NCBI GenBank assembly: GCA_012295275.1
Contig: CM022665.1
Span: 13,826,001-13,890,000, forward strand
Reading direction: 5' to 3'
Length of the DNA stretch: 64,000 nucleotides
Origin: Chrysomallon squamiferum
Taxonomy: Eukaryota > Animalia > Mollusca
Position numbers and translations under genes: made by a program. The number at the start of each line of letters is the position of its first letter. The first letter of the stretch is position 1. The notes below the pieces were generated by a model, which saw only the letters and a list, made by a program, of their open reading frames with translations, did not search any database and was not told the DNA's origin. Shown piece after piece: positions 40,251-53,383 of the stretch.

Positions 40251-41607
40251 AACGCCGACGACACGAATAAAGTAATAAGAAGAAATAGGATTCAAGATAC
40301 ACACTACAACTATTTATAAAATATATTTTTTCTTACCTCATTCTATCTTCAAAAAACAGGAATGACGTAATATTTTACAGTAATTATAATTACATCATTA
40401 TCTATCCATTGCTTTGGATACAACAGTGGATTCTTCTTCAAAATGTTGTTATTATTATTATTATTATTATTATTCAATATTTCGTTTATACTGTTTTCTA
40501 TTTTCTTTTTTCTTTTTTTTAATTTCTTTTTCTTTCTCTTTTTTAATATAAATATAATACAATTAAGCTTAAAATTTCAGTAAACACTACATTTTTTTTT
40601 TTTTAGTCACTCATTATAACTAGAAAAATTCACATGGTTGTTTTGTGTAAACAGTTAAAAAAAAAGTATGTTAAAAATATACGAATTAAAATGTTCAGAT
40701 TTGATATGTTTAGCATCAAATTCTGAATAAAATTCGACACTACACACAATAAGAAATAGACAAAAAAAGGTCCTTAAAAAGATACAATCACTTTCAAAGG
40801 CACCACTTCATTTGACAATAGACCCACCCAGGAGAATATTTATTTTTAATGCTACATTTTTTTTTTTTTGTCATTCATATCTTATGCTGAAAAGAGGAAT
40901 ATAAAGCGAAAATCGTTAAATCTCGCCTTCGTATTTAGGCAGGTGGGGTCCCGAGCGCGAGCTTTTGTTCCATTGGCCTGCCTCTGTGACTCGTCCTGAC
41001 GCCTAATTGCACGCACTTGCATAATGAGCGATGTGATCCGAGCGAATTTTATCAATTTTCAATGCAAGTTAAACACTTACACTGTCAAGAGCATATAATA
41101 AGGTTTACCAAGTGAGGACAGCTCGAGAAAATCTCTCATAGAAGAACCACGTTCGAAAAATATGGAGAAATAAAATGTCCACAAATTACTGTCCGCTTCA
41201 CAAAGAAGAAACGCTGAAGCTCGTGAAAGGGGTGGTTTTTAGACCAAAACCGTACGTGTGACAGGAACCGATGCCTGGGGATTGACGAGAATCGACGGTC
41301 CGGTTTCAGATGCCAGCCCCTTGTCCCGTGCCGCTTTTTTTTTTTTTTTTTTATTTGAAATTAATTAATTAATGAAAATTCTGGCACTCGTCGATCCTTT
41401 TTTGTTCCCTTTGAATGTCTACTAGCGTCACGGTATAGAATGTTCAGCGTGTCAGTTTGTATATTCAGATAGAGAAAATAATGAGTAGGTATGATTTATG
41501 TATTTATGGTTGAATGAAGTTGTCTTCGCGAGCCAAAACTATTTGCTACCAAACAGAGCATGGCATTCACTTGCACGGTCTGCTTGCTCTGGATATCGAA
41601 ACAGACG

Positions 41608-41638
<31 letters not shown>

Positions 41639-41994
41639 GATGATTATCCAATATACATGAACTTAAAAAACCGATGTTTTAAACAAAAAATAATAAGAAG
41701 AACAGTAACAATGATATAAACAACAACAACAATAAAAACATCTACAACAACAAAAGCAACCATAACTCAGATAATAAACAACAACAACAGCAATAATAAA
41801 ATGAAAAAGAATAAAAAGAAAATTAAAAAGATGAGAAAAATAATAATAATTTGGATGTTTACCTTTATAAATTGCCGAAAATTCTACGAATATTGAATCG
41901 GAAGGCAATACACACACAAATCACTCAGATAAGCAAACTAGTAAGAAATGAAATGATCAAAATTAAAATAAGAAGAAGAAAAAAATTAAATTAA

Positions 41995-42045
<51 letters not shown>

Positions 42046-42932
42046 CTTCAAAGAAAAAAAACAACAATGGTCTAACACTGAACCATACATGGTTTCACGT
42101 TTTAATTCTCACCTGTTTAACAAAAACTATAATATAAAAAACAAGAAGCAGATATAAATCTTTTATTTAACCTGTATTTTTATAACCTTTTTCAAAGCAC
42201 AATCCATTCTATATCATTTCATATTTTTTTCTCTCTGCCTCTCCGAGTCTGATTTAATTAAATTTTATATTCAAAAAATAAAGAAGAAAAAAGCATCGAT
42301 ATGCTAAATGACTTTTACATTCTGCGTCACCAAATCATCGCGAATAGCTATTATCCGAACAACAAACGTTAGAAACAAGACTCCGCTTTAAGAGTATTTA
42401 ATATCAGAACAATACCGATTTCATAAGACATTTATCATCAGTATGGATAATAGTTGTATAGAGAGTATCATCTGGTTACACTGTTATTTATTGCACGTTA
42501 AAGCGTAACACAGACATGGTGATCAGTTCTGTCACATGCAAGTTTTATCTGTTCGGATCAACGAATGGGGATTACAGTTCTTAACATACAGGCCCACCGA
42601 AGAACGGGACCCCCCCCCCTCCACAGAGATACTGAAAAGTGTTAATAAGTGCCTGCGATTTTATAAGGAAATAATGGATACAGTAATACTACTGCTTTTG
42701 TATATATGATGGACAGGTAGCGAATAATAAATAAATAAATAAATAAATACCAAAAAGCAAACCCATGTAATCTAAATTTTGGTATTAATAAGAAGAAAGT
42801 AAAGAAGAAAGACATTTTGTTCACTTTAAACAGGCTTAAGGCATCAAAAATAGGCTTGGTGTATAACATGATGACCGAATTTGTTTTTTTTTTGTGTTTT
42901 TTGGTATTGTTTTTGGGGTTGTTTTTTGTTTT

Positions 42933-42963
<31 letters not shown>

Positions 42964-43473
42964 ATTTAAAATAATAAATTAATAATAAAAAATAAATATA
43001 AAAAGGAAGGAAACTGGTTTGTATGGCAACAAAGGAGCAAAAGCAACAGTATAACTGGAAATAACATTCGGCCTTCATTACAAATTCCACGTGACTACAT
43101 CTTAACTTGGTGGCTATTTATAGCGTGAGGGAACAATCACTGGGTGCATTGTTTATAAAATTCGTCATGTTTTTTTACCATAAATTAAAAAACTATATAT
43201 ATATACTTTTTTTATGATTAAGAAATAGTGTTCATTTGCGGAAGCTGAATGTATTTACTAGTCTCAGTGCTTCGATTGAGCATTTCTTTGAAACATGTAC
43301 ATCTGCAGCGAGGGATAAGGGAAAATTACCCCTCTTCTCCTAAGTCTGGATCTGTATGTTTCAAAGTACGTGTTAACTTTGCATTCTATATTTTATATAC
43401 ATCTTAAATGACGGTGTGATAGACGTTTATTTATTTATTTATTAATTATTATTATTATTACTATTATTATTGC

Positions 43474-43523
<50 letters not shown>

Positions 43524-44589
43524 TAGTGTCCAAGAATGTACGTATGTCTGATTATGTATAACACTTATTACGTCCTCACGTTTTGCCTTCCTGTCAGTTT
43601 CCTGCGTTCGCTTCTGCTGCTCAAACTAGTACTGGCTTACCGGGTTTCGCAATATTCTCTTATCTTTTACCAGTCTGCTAAGATATTCATGTTAACACTC
43701 TTATATTAGATGCCACAGCTTTGAGTCCAACAATCAGTGTGATTCAAATATTAATTTACTGGTCTTACTTTCCATTTTCCAAATAAAGAAACGTAACTCA
43801 TGGAAGATTCAATTTTATAAACATGACGTTATGCTCTCCCTTGTATCAGAAACCATCGTTCAAAATGTTAATTACTACTATTAGTTTAGTATTATTATGT
43901 AATATTTTCTTTCTTCATTTATTTAACAACATTTGAGTTAGTCCAAAGTTTTATATCGGTTGTTATTTTTAGAAAAGCAACCTTCTGTTTGATGTTAAAA
44001 AGTAATAGAAAACACTTCTCATTAACCTGACGAATATTTTTAATCTATTAAAAAAAAAAAAAAAAATAATAATAGCAAAAAAGGGAATGGGGAGAAATAA
44101 AATTGATTGAATATATATTCTGAACTAAATCTTGAAAAATGAAAAAACTGATACGATTTTAACAAAATCACCCAGTTGCTCGACTTCTTGCAATAACTGC
44201 TTCAAGTCAAGCAGATCCAAAGTGACCAATCTCTTTTTAATTCACAGCAGAAACTAATATAGTTTCTGTTATAAATACATAAAATTACATATTTATCATT
44301 CTTATTCCATTATTGTAATTAACTATCATCTTCTTTTTATGTCTATATTTTTCAGAAATATAAAACATTTCATTAAATGTAATTCAGTGTAACTGGAGTT
44401 AGTTTTTCTAATACTGACAAACTCGTCACATAAATAAAGTTATCCACCTTTCAACAGTTTAACCTAATATTAAATATTTCTTCAAAATAAAACATTAATT
44501 TGCTGATAGACAACCATCATTTCAATGTGTCTAGATCCGCTCTTGTCAGTGTTACGCGTCTTTCTGCTTTATAATTTGTCTTTCCTGGC

Positions 44590-44740
44590 TTACTTTTCCC
44601 GTTTTGATTTCTCGTTGTCTATGTCCGAAGTATCCTCCTCAGGACAAAACACAGAATCTGTCACAATCTGAGTTTCTATGTTAGCTTGATCTTCACTCGA
44701 GACTGAACCCCTCTCTCGAAGAATTCGTCGCAGTTTCTGA
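44590..44740 (-). CDS. TRP-like channel terminal exon 14
   Basis: TTTCAG| (D)QKLRRILRERG...KSKREK*, TAA at 44592-44590. Confidence 0.8.
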
Positions 44741-46872
44741 CTGAAATAAAAATTTTAAATATTATTTCAGAAAATATACGATGCCAACAAAAAAAAAAAA
44801 AAAAAATAAAAAAAATAAAAATAAAATTTGTTTGAAAAAATAATAGTTTGAAAAATAATAACGAATAAAATAAAATAAAATTCGGCGTCCATCAGTTAAA
44901 TATCTATATATTTATCTATTTAACAATCCATCCACCCACCTTCCTTCCAGTCAACTCGCTCACACGTATCTGACCATCAGTTTGTCTTTGTTTCTAATAC
45001 ATAAGCGTGTGCGTGCGAACTCGAGTGGAAGTCTGCATGAGTGTGTATTTGAGTGTGCATATGTGCGCGACTACGTGTGTACGTGCGTAAAATGAAGACA
45101 GACAAAGAAGGAAAGAATAATTACTCTATTCTGACGAGATCATACTCCTGGTGAGACAGACGATTGGCTATGGAGAGCAGAGATAACTTGTGAGATTCTA
45201 AACTGTCCAAGATTTCTCTGACGTATCTGTTCAGTTCACTTACAGGCGGGTTCTCCGACTTCTCTAGAAAGTCGTTTGGATTGATTACATCTTCCATTTC
45301 GACATAGTTAGTGATTCGATAATTCTTCAAGAAAAATAAACACGTTAATGCTACAAAAATTGTCGCATCACGAAAACGACAGCAACCACATGGATTTTTT
45401 TTATTTTTTTTTCTGTTATTATTAATAGTAGTAGTAGTAGTAGTAGTAATATAGCCGTTGATGTCGTTATTTTTATTATTATTATTATATGAAATAAATA
45501 AATGAGATTAACAAAAATCATTACTCTGTCTTTATTTGGAAAAACTTTCTTTACTAGTATTAACCTATATGCATATACGCTTACAAATGAATTTAGAATA
45601 AGAAAATTAAACTTTAACCAACAATGATAAACAGCTTGAATGGTATCAACATCTGTAACTTGTCACAGGAGCCCAGCGGATTTATAATAGGGCAAAAGGG
45701 GCAAGAGGAGCTCTGCAGACTTCCTCCATAGAAAAAATTTAATAATTATTAAAACAACAACAACAAAAGAACACATCCAAAAAGCACAACAAAACAACAA
45801 TTAATCGTGTGTTAATACAATTAATATTTTATACAAAACGTAACAATAATTTAAAGAAATAAAGACACTACAGCATTTCATACCTTATCTTATCGCCAGT
45901 AATTTATATCAGTTTAGCCTGTTTTACAAAATTGAGAAAAATATAATCACACGTCTTCTTCAGAACCTATTTTTTATTATTTTCCAAAACAAATGTGGTT
46001 TATCATTCATTTTAGTTCATTTTTAAAATTATTTATCATATATTTTAATTTCTATGTTGAGATGCTCCTGAAAATTAAGTGGATTTGGGACAGACGTTTC
46101 ATAAAACGTTCACGATACTCGAAAGGCACTTTTAAAGTGGTGTACCCTTGATGATACGAAGAAATAGTATATATATATTCTGCATACTTCTAAATTATAT
46201 TTCATTTGCTTTTGTTTTGTATTAACTAATAACGAGATATCACAATAAAAGAGTACAATTTAAGAATATCTGAATGCCGCCATTTCTTTGTAGTCGTGAC
46301 ACCGTAGCGTACAGAATAGGTCTATTTGTTCTAAAATTTCTTCTAGTGTAGACGGAAAAAATGACGGCGTTTAGATGTTTTGTGGCAGATTTATATTATT
46401 ATTATATTTTGTGAGGAGTGATGACAGATCATCCAAAAAACTAAAATAATAACTTGGAAGTATAAAATATTTTATAAGATCGTTTATTAGTACTGACACA
46501 TGATTTACTGACCTTGCCAATGAAAACGCTGTTGAGCTCCACTCTGCTAATGATCCAGGCTCGGTTAAGTTCAAGGCCACGTTGTGCGTCACGCTGGACG
46601 TTCTGGTACGTGTCACTGAGTTGAGCTATGAGTATGTTGAGTAAGATTACACAGCATGTGAACAGGAAAACAACCATGAGAATACAGCTCAAAATTCTGA
46701 AAGTGTAGAGTTAAAGAGTCTTTTAAAAAAAATCGATATGACGTTAAAAATACACATCAAAGACTGGAAAATGATGGACATGAGTTTTGCATTGTACTTA
46801 GAAGTTTTACAACAACAACAACAACAAACAAACAAACAAACAAAAAAAAAAAAAAAATGCCCGTCAAAGACC

Positions 46873-46939
<67 letters not shown>

Positions 46940-47730
46940 TTTGTCTTTATCTTGATTTTGAAAGTCCTAGGTTTTAAGAAATAAATTCCAATATACATTC
47001 GCAATCTTTTATCACAGTTTATCTATTAAAATTACAAACATAAATTCTTACTTGTATCCACTTTCACCTGTATATTCAACAACTGGCTGTGCCTCTATCA
47101 GAGATCTGACACCGGTGAATAGAATATTCCAGAAATTGCTGTAAAATAAAATATTAATATTATGATATATGCATGTAGAGAGCTAGTTCGGTGTATATAA
47201 TTATATATGAGAACACACACACACACATATATATAGCTTGCAGTTAACTGGAACGATTAGTTGCGTTAAAGCATCGACGCTAGTTCTGTATCTATATTTA
47301 GTAAAGAGTATAAAACCTATAAAACAAATGCAAAGCAATATTTGTAAATCTTCCATGCATGTCTCTTATTATTTCGGTGATCTGTTACGTTACTGGCAAG
47401 TAATGAAACACGAATTTGGATTAAGAGAGTATCAAAATTATTAATTTCGGCGACTGAAAATGGTAATGAGTGGTAAAAAAGAAAAAACACCAGCCGCCGT
47501 GGCTTAGTTTTTTATTTTTATTTTTAAACTGTTTTATGGTCACCTTGTTTCCTGGTGTAGCTGTAAAGAATTTTCGCCTCTCAGAGCTAACACAAACGAC
47601 CCAGTGAATGTGAGAAGAATAACTGCGAATAGGATTGTGAACTGAATGAAATCATGTTCAAGAATTCGCCACAGAATCTGAGCATAGGCACCCGTCTGTC
47701 TGAAATAGAGTATTAGTAGATTTGAAAGAG

Positions 47731-47795
<65 letters not shown>

Positions 47796-48215
47796 ATTAT
47801 TAGTATTATTACCTAAAGACGGCTGCGTATTTAAATATTCTAATAGACCAAAGCAGGTAACCGAACGAATAAACGAACCACTGCTCCTGCCTGTGTGTGA
47901 GGCGTAACGGCAAAACAATGAGCAGTAAACAAGTTGAGCTGAGGTCTATCCAGTTGAACTGATCTCGCCAATAATCTAATCTATGCCTTGAAAAAAAAAA
48001 AAAAAAAAAAAAAATATTAATAATAATAATAATAATAATGATAATAACACAAGATATATTAATATCTTTGATTATACATGATATACTGTGAATAAAAAGC
48101 GTGCACATGTCGTTGTATGGCAGAAAAAACTTTACTGTATTATGTACATAAACGCACGAATGCACATTGATAAACCCACGCATATATACATATATATACT
48201 CGAAGAAGAAGAAAA

Positions 48216-48296
<81 letters not shown>

Positions 48297-49706
48297 TTAC
48301 TTTCTGAACTGATTCAGTTCTATGATGAACGTCGTACTGACAACAAGGTAAGTCCATATTTCTGTGACAGCTCGAGAGATGTGTAAAGGACCTTGATATG
48401 TCGCTGGATCATCAGCCATAGTAGCAACAATCACAGAATACGTCATAGTCAGCATTGTCAAACAGAATAAAAATGTATTTATTCTGAATATAAATAAATA
48501 AATAAATAAATATGTGTGTTTTTATATATATATTAAATAAAAATAATATATATTATTATAAAATAACGAGAGAGAAGTACATACATGTAGCTATGTGTAT
48601 GTCTCTGGGTATGAGATAGTGTAGAAAGGATGAAAGGTAAGAAAAGATTACTCACTGAAATTTTAATCTCGCAAACTGTTTCCATTTTTTGCGAATAAGA
48701 AGTCGTACAACGTCATGATATACAATTGCCTGAAATTACATAACAATGTTTTTTTTTTATACACGAAAATCGAACGACTTAATAACACCCATTTAAATAT
48801 TTACAACTATTTAGATTTTAGATATTTACAACAGACCTACCAAATATCCACCTCTAGATATTAAGTGAAGACATGACTTTGAATTTGAACTAAATTCTGG
48901 ATGATTTGGCGTTCTACCGAGTTCGTCTGCTTCTAAGATGTTGTAATACACGCGAACGTGGCCACTTTTACCAATGGGGTCGATCATACAGTCTAATAGA
49001 GCCAATGCGGTTTTCTGAAAGAATTAGAGAAAAAAATAAATTAAATAGTAAAATGAAATTTCGATCATCTCTTTACCTAACCGGAGTAGAAATATCAGCT
49101 GCTATTTGTATATCTGCATTATTATTATTATTATTAGTAGTAGTAGTAGTAGTAGTAGTAGCAGTATCAATAGCAGAAGCAGTAGTAGTAGCAGTAGTAA
49201 TTGTAATAGTGGTGGTAGTAGTAGTTGTAATAATAACAGTCGATTGTTGTTCATATATGTAAATATATTATCAATTCAGACTATATATTTTCTTTCTCTT
49301 AACTATTCATATACATACATCCGGACACAGATTGTTTGTGCTCGTTACATTAAACAAAAGAATGACGCGAAACAATACAATGACGTCATTTATTGTCCAT
49401 GGAAAATATATCGGATGTTTGGTGAACGAAATTTTAAAAGGTAAATGTTTCTGCTGAAATTTAATATTTGAGGTAAATTCAAATTAATTTTATTTTTCAA
49501 CCGATGAATATTTATTGTAAATATATTAAAAATTATTTTTTTGGAAGAGTTTCGGATTTTTAAAAAAATGTATATATTCTCTGTATTAATTGTTCTTTTA
49601 CCGATTTTTTAAAATATGGAATCTTTTAAAATTAAATGTGATTTAATACAGAAAATATTAACTACGGTTGGTGTGATGTTTTCAGGAAAACAAATTTAAA
49701 AGGTTT

Positions 49707-49749
<43 letters not shown>

Positions 49750-51237
49750 TTTTATTTTATTTTATTTTATTTTTTAACTGCTTTAAAGTATTAAAAACAA
49801 ATAAACAAACAAACAAATAAATTATTACAACATATTTTTATATTATTATGGAAGTATTATTATAATTAATATTGAACCACACTGTTGATGTTGTTGTTCT
49901 TGTAGTAACAGTAGTGGTAACGGAAATATCAGTTACTGATGGTCGTAATGTTTTGTTTCTCTTTGAAAACAGGAGTATTAATTTTCTGTTGTGATAGTAA
50001 CAACTTACAATCATGTTTCTCTCTAACAGAGAATGAAAACTACATTCAGCTGTTTTGTCATGGTCTGCGAGGTGTAGCTCCCTAACCCTGAAATTAACAA
50101 CACTTGTAGCTGTATGTAATGACAATAAGGATGACGATCATAATGATACAGAAAACAAATACGAATGAGAACAAAAAGGCAAGGGAATCCAATTTTTAAT
50201 AAATGTAAACTGAAAAATACACACATATACATACATTTTCCCCCAACCTACACATACACACATACACAAAGACGCAGTACACAATCTTTCCGTACAACTT
50301 ACAGTAAATTAGGCATAAATTTGAGTAGCATGGCCGCTATGTCATCGTTGTTCGACTCTATGGCCAAATGATACGGCATTTTTTTGTTCTTGTCACGAGC
50401 ATGCGGCAAAGCATCATTTTCCAGAAGTTTAGCACAGACTCCTTTGAAGCTGCGTTTCACGGCATGATGTAGTGGCGTCCACCAGTCATGGTCGGAAACA
50501 GAAGGATTGGCTCCACGTAGAATTAAATTATTTACAAATAGCTGTACCTGTTGTAAAATGAATGTGTTTTCGTTAATCACAGAAACAGGATATAAATGAT
50601 TTAGCAGACAGTAGGACATAGGATCGATAGATGAGCGGATGGATGGATAGATAAATAGGCAGGCAGGCAGGAAGACAAGCAGACAAATGGACAGACAGAC
50701 AGACAGATTTTTTTTTTTCAATGGCAATTCTAATGAAAATCTGTAACAAAAAAAACCCACAGTATATATCTATATCTATCTATCTATCTATATATATATA
50801 TATATATGTCTGTCTGTCTGTCTGTCTATAGATAGATAGATAGAACAGTTAATTCCTATTAAGGCTTACTTAGCAAAAATATTTTCAGTTCTTCGATCCT
50901 GCTTATTTATTAAAGTAATTAAACAAGTAAGGTGGACGAATGTAAAATTAATTTTATTTGCTTTATTTTATTTTATTTTATTTATTTTTGTTGTTGTTAC
51001 TCAGAAAAAATACATATTTATTCTTTGACAATCTGATTATGACGTACTAAAAAAATTACCTTCAGTTCTGAAGAAACCTCAGCAACAACGAATAGAAGAG
51101 CCTTGTCTTTGTTTCCGTGTTTTTTTATTAACCAATCAGTTATCACTTCCGTTTCTGCTTCTTGGCGCCCAACAAAATGTGTCTGTGACTTTATTGCCAT
51201 CTAGAATTTATTATTATTATTATTATTATTGTTGTTG

Positions 51238-51269
<32 letters not shown>

Positions 51270-53104
51270 GGTGGTGGTGGTGGTGGTGGTGTCGTGGTCA
51301 TTGTTGTTGTTATTATTTAAATGAATGCACAGACATTCATGCATTCATATGTGAATGTTTATATACGTATATACGTGTCTTGTGCGCTACGATTAATACA
51401 TGAAGACAAAATATATTTTACTTACTTCTTTCAAAAATACATCTTCATTAACTTCTGCTCCTAGAATGTCATGCATGGATGTCGACAAAGAGAAATCCGT
51501 CATCTCTAAGCACTTGTCGGCTAATTTATTAGAATCTGAAAAAGCATTTAAAACTTTCGCACAGTGGATGTAAGATCGCTATATCAAGACACGGAATTCT
51601 GAAGTTTCCTTTTTTTTTTTTTTTTTTTTTTTTTACTCTAATAGAAAGGCGCTATACTTAAATGAGCGACACTTCGCCATACCTATGCTACCATAGTCGT
51701 GACATCTCCAGAAGAACAGAAAGAATATTGGTTGTTTGGAAACCAGCCATAAATTATTTGGATTTCGACATTTTTAGTTCTTTAAAGGAACATGTTTAGC
51801 TATCGGTATTAGTGATGCAGTCACATGTTGATACATCACGGATTGCCATATCTGAATAAAAAGAATGAATTAAATTTAATTCTTTATTGCAAAAACGACT
51901 AACTTTATTACTAATCATATTACATATACGAACGATCTCGAAAGAAAAATGAAATCGTTTAATATTCTGATTATGACCAAATCATAATAATATTTCTTAA
52001 TTTCTTAGTTGATTTTTTTTTTTTTTTTCTAATTTACTTTTATCATGTTAATTCAAACAACGAGGAACAAATATGTATATGTATATATCATTCACACATG
52101 TATGTACATACATACATACACATATAGATGCAGACACCTATTCGGGTTGCAGGCGAATGGGTGAGAGACGTTCGACTGGACGTGACTGGATTTTGCGTTC
52201 ATGAATATTGTCTGTGTGCAGAGTCTAATCAGACGTACATAAGACAGAGAATATTCAGTCCTAAATACATACACGCATACAAACATAAATGGATAAATAC
52301 ATATATACACACACACATATATGCATGCATGCATGTATGTGTGTATGTATGTATGTATGTATGTATGTATGTATATCAACGTAAATTGTTGTCGATGGTA
52401 ATTTACAAGTAATGTAGAACTTACTACATTTCTCGGCCAAACATTCGTTGGCAGTAACACAAAAACGGTATTACTTGCTGGTATGTTGACAAAAATAACA
52501 TCACATCTATCAGCGTGCCTGGGACAATCAGTCAGAAGCTTACCTATCTATAGGCGCGGATATAACGGAGATCGAAAGAATTTCGATATCCCAACCGACT
52601 CACGATCACCAAAAAATATTTGTTCATTTATTTTAAAACGCTTTATTAGTAAATTTATTTTTGTTCTCTTATACATGTAACATCTCCAAAAGACACAGCA
52701 GCACCCATGCTGTCACAGAACTGGGGTCAGCACTTCGTGGAACTCCGGCGAACAAGAGTGACGCCGCCTAGATCCTTCCATAAACATATGTTTTCAGTCA
52801 GGTCCTAACCTTTTTCTTTTGTTGTTTTACTCTGAGAATTGTAGGTTAGAAACGATAGTTAATATACAAATGGGGTCCGGAGGTATGAACATCAACGTTT
52901 CAAAATTAAAACCATCGATTTAGTATTATTTTTACTATTGTTATGAACATGGAAAAGGTTTTAATACATTGATATTTATTTACATTTATTATTATTATTA
53001 CTGTCATCAACATCATCATCTTTTTTTAATTACCATTGTAACTTAATGTTTTGATCGGTTAAATTTTATTTATTTATTTATTTATTTATACATACATACA
53101 TACA

Positions 53105-53148
<44 letters not shown>

Positions 53149-53311
53149 ATAATCTGGTATTTGTGTCACTGACATTATTGCGATCGTTATTAGCCCGCAG
53201 AAGAATAAATAATTATTACTTATGAACGATTAAAATTCCCTGGCAATGAGAGCAAAGGGAAGGTTGTTTTTTGTTTTGTTTTTTTAGTTGTTGAATAGTT
53301 GATGATAAATT

Positions 53312-53383
<72 letters not shown>

